From assembly GCA_016840465.1 (NCBI GenBank), contig JAEOSH010000004.1:30001-62000 (forward strand): a stretch of DNA of 32,000 nt. The letters run 5' to 3'. The translations under genes were made by a program, and so were the position numbers. Of this stretch, positions 17,371 to 25,569 are shown piece by piece (the stretch's first letter is position 1; every line of letters begins with the position of its first letter). The notes under the pieces were generated by a model. The model saw nothing but the letters and a program-made list of their open reading frames with translations. It did not search any database and had not been told where the DNA came from. This DNA is from Candidatus Baldrarchaeum yapensis (lineage in GTDB: Archaea; Asgardarchaeota; Baldrarchaeia; Baldrarchaeales; Baldrarchaeaceae).

Positions 17371-17419
17371 AAATTTCGGTACTACCAAAATTCGGTACCA
17401 CCGAAATTTAATACTTTCG
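17371..17419 (-). promoter_or_regulatory. BRE/TATA promoter of the ECF operon with two tandem palindromic operators (TTCGGT-N3-ACCGAA)
   Basis: Minus strand reads CGAAAG (17419-17414) then TATTAAAT (17413-17406). Palindrome centres at 17382 (ttcggt-act-accaaa) and 17398 (ttcggt-acc-accgaa). The outer arms 17371-17380 and 17400-17409 are a perfect 10-bp inverted repeat. Confidence 0.7.
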
Positions 17420-17725
17420 AAAACGAACGTCGCGAGAACCTCTCTGTCCCATTAATAAAGGGACATTAAACATAATTTTTGATGTACACTTTTTATCCGA
17501 CATAATAAGTGGTCGGTAGGTTTATTGTGTTAACAACGTCGTTTTCAACTCGACATAAATCTGAATTTTAGGCAGAAGAAACCGACGATTTGATGCAACT
17601 AAAGATATTGAACGTACGTTCGTACTTGAATTACCAAGTCCCGAATCAGGAGAAGGTATAGAAGTGCAAGGATTTTACCTGAAAGATGGGCTGACATTAA
17701 GGATTTTGCGATAAGGATTGGATAT

Positions 17726-18568
17726 CTATCTCATATAGGTTGCTATTAACTTTATTCCGATCTTCTCCGCATCTTTCTGAGCGCTGGGGTGCACCAAGAA
17801 TCCGAAGAGAAAGCCTAATACATCCTTTTCACGATACGCCCTTTTCACCTTATTTAAGGTCTCCGCAAACTTCTTTACCTCCCTCGAATAAATCCTAGAC
17901 TTGCATTCACCCACTATTATGACTTCCTTGCCCTCTCTTCGTCCTATCCCAAATAGATTCAATTGTACTTCCTCTCCATCGACAACAACGAACGCTGGCT
18001 GAAGGTCTTCAACGTATATCTTCATATGCCGCTCAAGCCACCCCGGAACCATTACCCTCGCAATGTCCTCCAACCCAAACCCTATCAGGTCGCTTAATCT
18101 GCCGACTTGCCTTGCTAACTCCTGGACCGCCTTCGCCAATTCTTGAACTTGCTCTTCAGTCCTCCTCTGCGCCTCTGCCAATCGGTTCAACTGCTCCTCG
18201 GTGCGCCTCTGCGCTTCCGCGAGTTGGTTAACGCGTTCCTCCGTCCTCCTCTGCGCCTCCGCGAGTTCGTCCACTCGCCTTGCGAGTTCGTTCAGCCGTT
18301 CCTCGGTGCGCCTCTGCGCCTCCGCGAGTTGGTTAACCTGCTCCTCGGTCCGCCTTTGCGCTTCTGCGAGATCGTTCACCCGCTTTGCGAGCTCATTCAG
18401 CCGCTCTTCTGTCTGCCTCTGCGCCTCCACTAAGACTTCTATTTTTTCGGATAGTATTCGCACATTTTTTGACAGTTTATCAAACTCTTCTCTCGTTACC
18501 TTGATGTCCTTAACCTTGTCCTCAATGACCTTTACGATGAACTCATAAAGCTCGGGGCTTATGCTCAT
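17726..18568 (-). CDS. Heptad-repeat coiled-coil protein with C-terminal PD-(D/E)XK-type domain (DUF3782-like)
   Basis: Six LAEAQRRTEE-type repeats, then LSDLIGFGLEDIAR and EVQLNLFG...VGECKSR. Confidence 0.8.
   Translation of the reverse strand: MSISPELYEFIVKVIEDKVKDIKVTREEFDKLSKNVRILSEKIEVLVEAQRQTEERLNELAKRVNDLAEAQRRTEEQVNQLAEAQRRTEERLNELARRVDELAEAQRRTEERVNQLAEAQRRTEEQLNRLAEAQRRTEEQVQELAKAVQELARQVGRLSDLIGFGLEDIARVMVPGWLERHMKIYVEDLQPAFVVVDGEEVQLNLFGIGRREGKEVIIVGECKSRIYSREVKKFAETLNKVKRAYREKDVLGFLFGFLVHPSAQKDAEKIGIKLIATYMR
18140..18433 (-). repeat. Intragenic tandem repeat, units of 63-42-63-42-42-42 bp
   Basis: Six copies of the ctcctcggtgcgcctctgcgc-like core on the + strand; all unit lengths are multiples of 21 bp (one heptad). 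Confidence 0.9.
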
Positions 18569-18722
18569 GAGCAACCACTCCGGTCACTCTAACTTCGAGG
18601 ATTCTCTATTTAACGTTTATAGTCTCGGGCATTTATCACTAGCAGTCAATGGGTAACATATCATGCAACACGTTACATTCCGTTACGAAATCGAAAGGTC
18701 TCTCATTTCACACAATTCTCTC

Positions 18723-19808
18723 TTACAAAAAGCCAGTATAAGCTTCCGTTATTGCAGAGCATGCCCCACATCTCACACATCCTGCCCTATTCTTCCGTGG
18801 GTCCACTCCGTAAGATTTCAGAGTTTCCGCAAGGACTCTGTACAATTTTATCATCCGCTCCGGTGTGGGTGGTGCTCGATTTTCGAAAGGCGTGCCAATA
18901 ATTGGGCGTAGCGGAACGAGATAAGGAATTACTCCCATTCTTGCCACCTCCTCTGCTCCCCGCAATATGCTCTCATCATTTTCTCCAATTCCCGCTATTA
19001 CAAATGTACTCACTTGGTACTCACCAAACAGGTCAATGCAAGTGCGCCACGCCTCAAAATACCTATCTATGTCTATTCGGGCCTTCCCTGGGCATACTTC
19101 CTTGAAAACCTTCCTATCGAAGGTCTCAACATGAATCCCGATGGTATCCGCGCCGGCATCGGCAAGTTCCTCGAGAAACTTGTCGTCATCGGGAGGCTCT
19201 AGCTGTACGTGTATCGGTATATCGTGATGAGACTTCACCTCTTGGACTATCTCCTTCAGTATCAATGCGCCCCGGTCCGGAGACCCCGTTGTCCCGATAG
19301 TCAGCGTTATGTGTTTACAAACCCCCTCTCTAACCGCAGCATCCACTACCTCTCTGAACTGTTTTGGCCTTTTGAGGAGGATCGTCCTGCCCGCCCTGTA
19401 CGACAACTCTATCCCGCAAAACTTACATGCTTTCCCATGCCTCCAGTAAACGCATGTCTGCAGAACCGTTGTCGCGAGACAATCGGTGCCATGTAATAGC
19501 GCAACTTTCCACATAGGTACGCCATCCGATGTCTTCATTTTGTAGAACTCCGGATAAGGCACCACCTTGGCTTCGGATATCTCCTCATTCCCTCTCCTTA
19601 TTATGATCTTGCCTCTATGCTCGACTAAGGTGAAGGGGGAACTTTCGACGAACTTCCCCCAGAAGGCGGCGTTCACGCACAGATTCCCGGGCAGCAAAAG
19701 GTACCTTCCTCCGGCAGGTCCCGCCCCTCCTTTTCTTCCTTTGTCGATTTCAACTTCTGGTTTCAGCCCTAAGCACAGGAGGTGCACCTTTAGTTCAGCT
19801 GGTTTCAA
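18723..19808 (-). CDS. Radical SAM protein, MSMEG_0568 (Nit1C/NitD-like) family
   Basis: VALLHGTDCLATTVLQTC, non-canonical Cx8Cx2C (CVYWRHGKACKFC), IHVQLEPP, EVCPGKA, and the C-terminal AGCVRCGACS cluster. TTG start overlaps the GNAT stop. Confidence 0.8.
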   Translation of the reverse strand: MKPAELKVHLLCLGLKPEVEIDKGRKGGAGPAGGRYLLLPGNLCVNAAFWGKFVESSPFTLVEHRGKIIIRRGNEEISEAKVVPYPEFYKMKTSDGVPMWKVALLHGTDCLATTVLQTCVYWRHGKACKFCGIELSYRAGRTILLKRPKQFREVVDAAVREGVCKHITLTIGTTGSPDRGALILKEIVQEVKSHHDIPIHVQLEPPDDDKFLEELADAGADTIGIHVETFDRKVFKEVCPGKARIDIDRYFEAWRTCIDLFGEYQVSTFVIAGIGENDESILRGAEEVARMGVIPYLVPLRPIIGTPFENRAPPTPERMIKLYRVLAETLKSYGVDPRKNRAGCVRCGACSAITEAYTGFL

Positions 19809-20308
19809 GACTCATCCTCCTCTGCTACAATCTTCTCATACAGATGAACGAGCATGCCAGGTATCTGCTCATACTCTTTTATCTTTTTAAAGCCGTACCT
19901 CGTCACCAGGCGGACGCTTGCCTCTTGGTGGGGAAGAATGTTCACATGAACCCTTCTGCATCCCATTTCCTTGGCGAATGTGATTATGTGGGCATAGAGG
20001 GTCCGGGATAGGCCTCTCCTCCTAAAGTCTGGGTGCACCGATAAATGCTCCCCTAAACAGATATCGTCATAGATCTTTGCCTTGTAGAGGGCCACCACCC
20101 TCCCCTCTTCCCTAATTCCGAAGTAGAAGTAGCCACTTCGCATTTCCTCCCTCACCTCATCAGCGCTGAGCGCTCGCCTTTTTCGCCATTCATCGGGATA
20201 ATCTTCGGCGTAAGGCCATACGGACTTAAGAAGGTCCTCTATCTCCTCGGCATCCTCTTCTTCTAAGAGTTCCACGACTCTATCTCCGATTTTCCATGTT
20301 TTTCTCAT
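19805..20308 (-). CDS. GNAT family N-acetyltransferase
   Basis: LSVHPDFRRRGLSRTL acetyl-CoA motif A and N..S..L...YGF motif B; GGGGGT RBS before ATG 20308. Confidence 0.85.
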   Translation of the reverse strand: MRKTWKIGDRVVELLEEEDAEEIEDLLKSVWPYAEDYPDEWRKRRALSADEVREEMRSGYFYFGIREEGRVVALYKAKIYDDICLGEHLSVHPDFRRRGLSRTLYAHIITFAKEMGCRRVHVNILPHQEASVRLVTRYGFKKIKEYEQIPGMLVHLYEKIVAEEDES

Positions 20309-20447
20309 CAAAATACCCCCTATGGGCTGTCTAAATGCCATTCCGGGTGGGTGGTCCACACATCTTATTACGAAACAATTTATAGGTGTTACCTAATTTC
20401 TGAGAACGTGAGATGAGGCCGGGTTACAGGTGCTATATGTAGCGCAT

Positions 20448-21857
20448 TTAATACTTGCGTACTTCGATACCCGCCTTTCTGCATACTCTTACTACGTCTT
20501 CGGCATCGACCGGTTGCGTGAGAGATCGTTTGAACCGCTTTAATAGTTTTCTCAACTCGCTCGGGTACCTTATGAAAAAGCCGGGATCGAGGGGATAAAA
20601 TTTTCTGTTATTGCCCACTAGGTGCACGTCGCTGACGTCTGAGAGGAGCGATAACCACATATCGAGAGGGACAAGATCGGGAGTTGTATCCATCGTGGGA
20701 AACAGTGTCAAGAATATTTTAGAGACTAAATTTTTGATTCCCGGGTCAAGTCTTCTCAGGAACTCCTTAAGAAACGAAAAACAATTGTCAGAAACGTATG
20801 GAATCCACAGTGGAGCGGTACACGTCTTCAAATTAAAAGTTGGATTCGTGGCTGTAAAGCTATCAATGTATATCGTGATTGGATTGCTATTTGTGCAGTA
20901 ACTGCTCAGAAACGTATAGAAAACAAGGGAAGATAGATCAAAAGGATTCTTTGACCTCAGCACCAGCAAGTCGATTCCCTCCTCTATACAAAAATTCCTC
21001 GCTGATTCTATGAACTGCGGTGGTGACCCCCATTCGCTCTCTCTTCCGACTTCCTGTTGCATATCGGTGATGGACCAGCCGCTTTTATGCCTAGATTTTA
21101 ATCCTTCAAGCCAGCGATCCAGTCTATCCGACCCGTATATGTATTCGTCCGGGCCTATTCCGCCAAATCCTCCGATCTGCACAAATATGCGGTCATCAGT
21201 TTGATATCTGTACCACTGGAAAGTGCACTCCACAAGTATCACGGTTCCCTCCCGGTGAAGATGCCGCTTGATGAAATCTATGTATTGAATCGGTAATTGA
21301 AGTAGCTTCACGCGCACGGTATCGAGAAATCTCAGCATTGATCTGTCATGCACCGGGTCGTAGTGAATGACAACTTCCGCATTCGTTAACGTCCTACAAA
21401 GGTTAAGAGCCACCGAGGACGCGCTTTTTAGTACAGAGGGGAAATCTTCGGGCTTCCTTTTCTTGGCCTTCACCCTGAGAAGAAAACTGTGAGATAAAAA
21501 GGGAGCATGCAGCATTGCCGCGAGATGGGAGACAGCACCGGAGGGGGCTCCCATTACCACGTATTTAAATTTCTTTTCACGGGGAATGTTGTAAATCGAA
21601 GTTGCAAAAAGCGCGAAATCCTCCTCCGTCAGGAATCTAAGTGCGCTTCTGGGAACACTCATACGTTTAAGGTAATGGTCTACTGCTACACGTAGCAGTT
21701 TTCTGCTACGTGAAACTAATGGCAATAATAAGCGTTCCGGCAATGATACCTCTATGGGGTTTAAAATTTCCCCGCGTAGCGCTGCAGCACAGGCTCTCAT
21801 TGCCATTGACGAAGAATCTGTTATTGAAATCTTCATGATCTCCGCCCGGTCTTTCAT
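20448..21857 (-). CDS. Conserved-looking hypothetical protein (469 aa)
   Basis: Long open frame; the ATG overlaps the phosphorylase stop (ATGA). Motif-like blocks GAPSGAVSHLAA, HYDPVHDR, QIGGFGG and ESEWG. Confidence 0.75.
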   Translation of the reverse strand: MKDRAEIMKISITDSSSMAMRACAAALRGEILNPIEVSLPERLLLPLVSRSRKLLRVAVDHYLKRMSVPRSALRFLTEEDFALFATSIYNIPREKKFKYVVMGAPSGAVSHLAAMLHAPFLSHSFLLRVKAKKRKPEDFPSVLKSASSVALNLCRTLTNAEVVIHYDPVHDRSMLRFLDTVRVKLLQLPIQYIDFIKRHLHREGTVILVECTFQWYRYQTDDRIFVQIGGFGGIGPDEYIYGSDRLDRWLEGLKSRHKSGWSITDMQQEVGRESEWGSPPQFIESARNFCIEEGIDLLVLRSKNPFDLSSLVFYTFLSSYCTNSNPITIYIDSFTATNPTFNLKTCTAPLWIPYVSDNCFSFLKEFLRRLDPGIKNLVSKIFLTLFPTMDTTPDLVPLDMWLSLLSDVSDVHLVGNNRKFYPLDPGFFIRYPSELRKLLKRFKRSLTQPVDAEDVVRVCRKAGIEVRKY

Positions 21858-22627
21858 CTCGTTATTTTATCCAGCAATATCCCTGCGGTTCTTATGGTGA
21901 TGTCGACTCCGACGTCTATCGATCGCAGGACAGTTTCATCCACGAAGAAGGGGGTCCATTTGTCTCCTGCAATGGAATCGCTTATATAGAGCAGGACTCC
22001 CGCCTCGACGCCTCTGAACTTTGAGACCGCGTATAAGGCCGCCGCCTCCATTTCACATGCGAGGACGCCCCACGATTTATACCTCTCAAGTACGTCTCTT
22101 CTCTCTCTGAATATTGCATCCGTGGTCCACACGGTTCCTTCCCGATAATCCGCATTGGAAACTCGGCAGGCTTCCTTGAGAGCCTCTATTACCATTGCGC
22201 TTGCGTCAACGAATCTAGAGGGAGGCAGATAGTGATACGAGGTTCCCTCATCTCTTATGGCCCTCGTTGCAATCACGAGGTCTCCGGGCTTCAGATCTTC
22301 TTGTATTGCGCCCGCACCTCCGAACACTATAAAATACCTTGCCCCCGCGGCTATTAGTAGCTCTAGGTTGTGAACTGCGGCAGGTGCGCCCCAATCGAAT
22401 TTCCTTATACTGATGATTTCCCCCTTCATGCTGAAGGTATAGAGCCTGTTGTCTATCCAGTTTTCCTCCCTGACGGCCCCGGTCTTCTCCACAAGTTTTT
22501 TAAGGATTCTGCTCTCAAAGCACCCTATACATACTCTCCCCACCCTCACTGCCGGCAATTTTCTCAGTTTTTTCCCATACTCGAGCATATCACTCGGCTC
22601 GATAGCGACCTCCTTTTTCCCCTCCAT
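21854..22627 (-). CDS. Nucleoside phosphorylase (PNP/uridine phosphorylase family)
   Basis: FGGAGAI, GDLVI..AIRDEGTSYHY, GTVWTTDAIFRE and GVLACEMEAAAL. Confidence 0.9.
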   Translation of the reverse strand: MEGKKEVAIEPSDMLEYGKKLRKLPAVRVGRVCIGCFESRILKKLVEKTGAVREENWIDNRLYTFSMKGEIISIRKFDWGAPAAVHNLELLIAAGARYFIVFGGAGAIQEDLKPGDLVIATRAIRDEGTSYHYLPPSRFVDASAMVIEALKEACRVSNADYREGTVWTTDAIFRERRDVLERYKSWGVLACEMEAAALYAVSKFRGVEAGVLLYISDSIAGDKWTPFFVDETVLRSIDVGVDITIRTAGILLDKITR

Positions 22628-22654
22628 GAATTCAACCTCGGCGGGTGCGCACTA

Positions 22655-23155
22655 TCACTTCAGCCTCATAGATGCTATTGCGACAAGTTCGGAAAGCAGC
22701 AACCAGATAATCATTACTAATGTCACAAACTTCCATAGGCTGATTCCAGTATACGGTATCTCTGTTACATTAAAGTACTCAAGCATGATCGGAACGACAA
22801 GTAGAATTGAAACCGGAGATAGGGCGTATGCCGCCGCAACAAACCCCTTACCTGCAGGTTTGCCAGAACTTCTCGCAACAGCCGAGCATATGATTCCGAA
22901 GACCAGCCACACCACCGAACAGACGGTAAATCCCCCTAAAAACGGTATTAGTACGTTTTTTGAGACAATTTCCCAGATTTTATACCGAATATAAGGACGC
23001 CAATACCCCATCGTGCACATGTAGTAGAAGTGATATCCCATAATGGTGCACATTGCAAAATACACCAGAACCCCGCGTCCATTCGCGCGTTCGTCTCTTA
23101 GAATGTCCCTATAGGCGCTAGGTCTAAGGACAAGTGACCTTAAGAAGGTCTTCAC
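22655..23155 (-). CDS. Yip1-domain-like membrane protein
   Basis: GGGGTG RBS before GTG 23155; 4-5 TM segments with the AAAYALSP pattern and an N-terminal L.RP..YRDI helix. Confidence 0.55.
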   Translation of the reverse strand: MKTFLRSLVLRPSAYRDILRDERANGRGVLVYFAMCTIMGYHFYYMCTMGYWRPYIRYKIWEIVSKNVLIPFLGGFTVCSVVWLVFGIICSAVARSSGKPAGKGFVAAAYALSPVSILLVVPIMLEYFNVTEIPYTGISLWKFVTLVMIIWLLLSELVAIASMRLK

Positions 23156-23412
23156 ACAAGCACCCCCTTGATTAGTACACCAGCATCGAACTATAAAAAC
23201 ATCATGCAAGGCGCCCTCTCCACGACCAGAATTTGCATACACTTTTGGGACCCGTGTTGGCTTTTGATGCACCAATTCTGGAGAAAGGGGTGATGCTAGC
23301 ATTTCTTTCAGTTTGCTGGTAGAAAGTGAGCCGCGTGACCTCTTGAGGAAAAGTATTTAAAAGCGGACGGAATTTAAAAGTGTAAACCGAATTTTACAAT
23401 TATGCAAGGATA

Positions 23413-24282
23413 GTGCTGGGTTTGTGCTCACGAGTGATTGCTTGCATTCCGGCATATAATGAGGAAGAAAGAATAGGAAAGATTGTAAATGAGGTACTGA
23501 AACATGTCAACGAGGTTCTGGTGATAGACTGTGGTAGTCTCGATAACACAAGAGGCGAGGCAGAAGCGGCTGGTGCAACTGTAATAGAAGCAGTTGGTGA
23601 TGGAACTTACGGTAACGCATTGATCGTCGGGTTCAAAGAAGCCCTGAGGAGGGGTGCAGACATTGTTGTGAGCATAGACACCGATGTCAGGTACAACCTG
23701 GAGGCGCTTCCCGCACTCCTGAAACCGATAGTTGAGAACAAAGCCGACGTGGTAATAGGATCACGATATCTCCCGGAAGGGCGAATCAGAGGACTTAGCA
23801 GAAAGTTTCTGACGTGGCTACTACGGAGGCATCGAAACCTGAAAAATGTGACAGACGGGCAGTCAGGATTCAGAGCATACCGCAGGGAGGTTCTCGAAAA
23901 GGTGAAACCGAAGGGGGATGATCCTAGTCTTGCAATCGAGATTCTCGTAAGGGCGGCATCCCACGGATTTAGAATAATGGAGGTTCCGGCAGGTAGCATG
24001 GAAAGGAGGCATGGGGTTGAGAGGTTAAGGTTTCTACACCTGTTAGCATTACTGATCTCCGTTTTTGCAATACTCGCGCATGAGGACCCCGTGAGGTTTT
24101 TAACGTTCCCCGGAATCATTTCTATTATAAGTGGACTTTTTCTTTTAATGTTCACGGTTTATGTCTCCGTTCTTCCATGGATTGCGCTTCTGGCATCGTT
24201 CTTTTCTCTCTTCCTCGTAATATTTGGAGTGGCGGCGAGCGTTATTAGCCTATCCATTTATCTGTTCAGGAGGGAAGGCTAA
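23413..24282 (+). CDS. Family 2 glycosyltransferase (Dol-P-sugar synthase-like) with C-terminal TM helices
   Basis: IPAYNEE, DCGSLD, IDTD, DVVIGSRY, DGQSGFRAY and I.EVP. Confidence 0.85.
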   Translation: MLGLCSRVIACIPAYNEEERIGKIVNEVLKHVNEVLVIDCGSLDNTRGEAEAAGATVIEAVGDGTYGNALIVGFKEALRRGADIVVSIDTDVRYNLEALPALLKPIVENKADVVIGSRYLPEGRIRGLSRKFLTWLLRRHRNLKNVTDGQSGFRAYRREVLEKVKPKGDDPSLAIEILVRAASHGFRIMEVPAGSMERRHGVERLRFLHLLALLISVFAILAHEDPVRFLTFPGIISIISGLFLLMFTVYVSVLPWIALLASFFSLFLVIFGVAASVISLSIYLFRREG

Positions 24283-24494
24283 TGTCACGGCGAGAGAAAG
24301 AAAAAATAGTCCAGCACCGACATTGTAAGGTATGTGGTAAGGCAATTCCACTTGATAGGGAGTTCTGCTCAAGGCAGTGCGAAATTAGCTACCGGGAGTG
24401 GGAGCGGAGGAACCGCCGCCTTACAACGATTATGTATCTAGTGCTGTTGATAATATTCATAGTTCTCATGATGTTCATGGCTGTGGGCATATAA
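24282..24494 (+). CDS. DUF2116 family Zn-ribbon membrane protein
   Basis: HRHCKVCGKAIP....FCS..C followed by one TM helix; the start overlaps the GT2 stop. Confidence 0.85.
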   Translation: MSRREKEKIVQHRHCKVCGKAIPLDREFCSRQCEISYREWERRNRRLTTIMYLVLLIIFIVLMMFMAVGI

Positions 24495-24512
24495 TCTCCA
24501 GAAATCAAGAAA

Positions 24513-25463
24513 TCATATCGAACGGTACTCTTGGAGGAATATGTACCCGTCCGGGGAGTTCAGAATGAAGTCTAGGGTTTCCAGCATGTATCCCTTGTCT
24601 TCCGGAAGATACCCATCTATTGCTCCAGGCTTTATGTAATGGGTTCCGTGCACGTACAGCCGCGCCCTGATGTTCAGGTTCTTTATCAGCTCCCTTACCT
24701 CCATGACTATTTCTCTCCATGACGCCATTTTGAACTCTCCGCTTATAATATCCTGATAGAGAGGGGCATCCGGATGCGGAAAGAGGGCGTGGAGACGCAC
24801 CTCGTCCGGTTTCATCTCGTTCAGCGCCTTTGCGGTCAGTTCGGCGTTTCTCTTCCAAGAACCCGCTCCGCCGAGGCCTTGGATTATCGTTACCGATAGT
24901 TCCATTCCCGCATCCTTCACCATCTTCGCGGCCTTTATCATGTCGGCGACGGTTGCGCCTTTGTGCATTTTCTTGAGCAGTTCGTCATCGCCGGTTTCTA
25001 GTCCCATGTAGATTTTCTTAAGCCCCGCATCGCATAATGCCTTGAGTTCGTCCTCCCCCTTCTTTATTATATACTTTGCCGCGCCATAGCAACTGACCCT
25101 AGTAAGATGGGGGAATGTCTTGAAGCACTCCTCCACAATTCTCAGCAGATCCTCGGTTTTCAGAATTATGGGGTTTCCATCCGCGAGGAACACCCTAGTC
25201 GGCCGGTCGCCGTAGTACCTCTTAGCGATCTTAATGTCTTCCAGCACTTCCTTCACTCTTATTCGAAACTTCTGTCTCTTATAAGTTCCACAAAACCTGC
25301 ACCTGTTCCATGGGCACCCAACGGTCGGTTGCAAAATGAGGCTGGTTGCCTCAACCGGGGGTCTGAATATTATCGGTTGAGTTGCCACAACCATTCCAAT
25401 CCGTGGATCATAAATGTAGCGCCCCGCTTCCACCGCGTAGCCGTCCCGGAACACCGGGACCAC
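24513..25463 (-). CDS. Radical SAM protein (RPPxEAxSL family, COG1032-like)
   Basis: IFRPPVEATSLILQPTVGCPWNRCRFC, FLADGN and YMGLETGDD. Start uncertain. Confidence 0.85.
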   Translation of the reverse strand: MVPVFRDGYAVEAGRYIYDPRIGMVVATQPIIFRPPVEATSLILQPTVGCPWNRCRFCGTYKRQKFRIRVKEVLEDIKIAKRYYGDRPTRVFLADGNPIILKTEDLLRIVEECFKTFPHLTRVSCYGAAKYIIKKGEDELKALCDAGLKKIYMGLETGDDELLKKMHKGATVADMIKAAKMVKDAGMELSVTIIQGLGGAGSWKRNAELTAKALNEMKPDEVRLHALFPHPDAPLYQDIISGEFKMASWREIVMEVRELIKNLNIRARLYVHGTHYIKPGAIDGYLPEDKGYMLETLDFILNSPDGYIFLQEYRSI

Positions 25464-25569
25464 CGGCTTTTGATTTTTTTAAAGGCGCTATGGTGCTCGG
25501 CCGGTTGATCCTCGATCATCGGCCGACATTGGCCTCAGAGGGTGGCTTGTCCTCATCGCAAGGTTTTAT

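Noticed and set aside
17445-17516. Short inverted repeats TGTCCC-N9-GGGACA and CCGAC-N10-GTCGG
   Set aside because: Arms of 5-6 bp are expected by chance; no U-tract or repeated motif.
17565-17713. Startless plus-strand frame (...DIERTFVLELPSPESGEGIEVQGFYLKDGLTLRILR) faintly like an Hsp20 C-terminus
   Set aside because: No start codon and too weak a similarity to support; an HMM search would be needed.
18140-18433. Repeat array as a possible CRISPR
   Set aside because: No unique spacers, unit lengths are multiples of 21 bp, the units are in frame within a CDS, and no cas genes are present.
23160-23410. Possible ncRNA or small ORF between the Yip1-like and GT2 genes
   Set aside because: No convincing C/D boxes, stem structure or RBS-supported ORF; consistent with a divergent promoter region.
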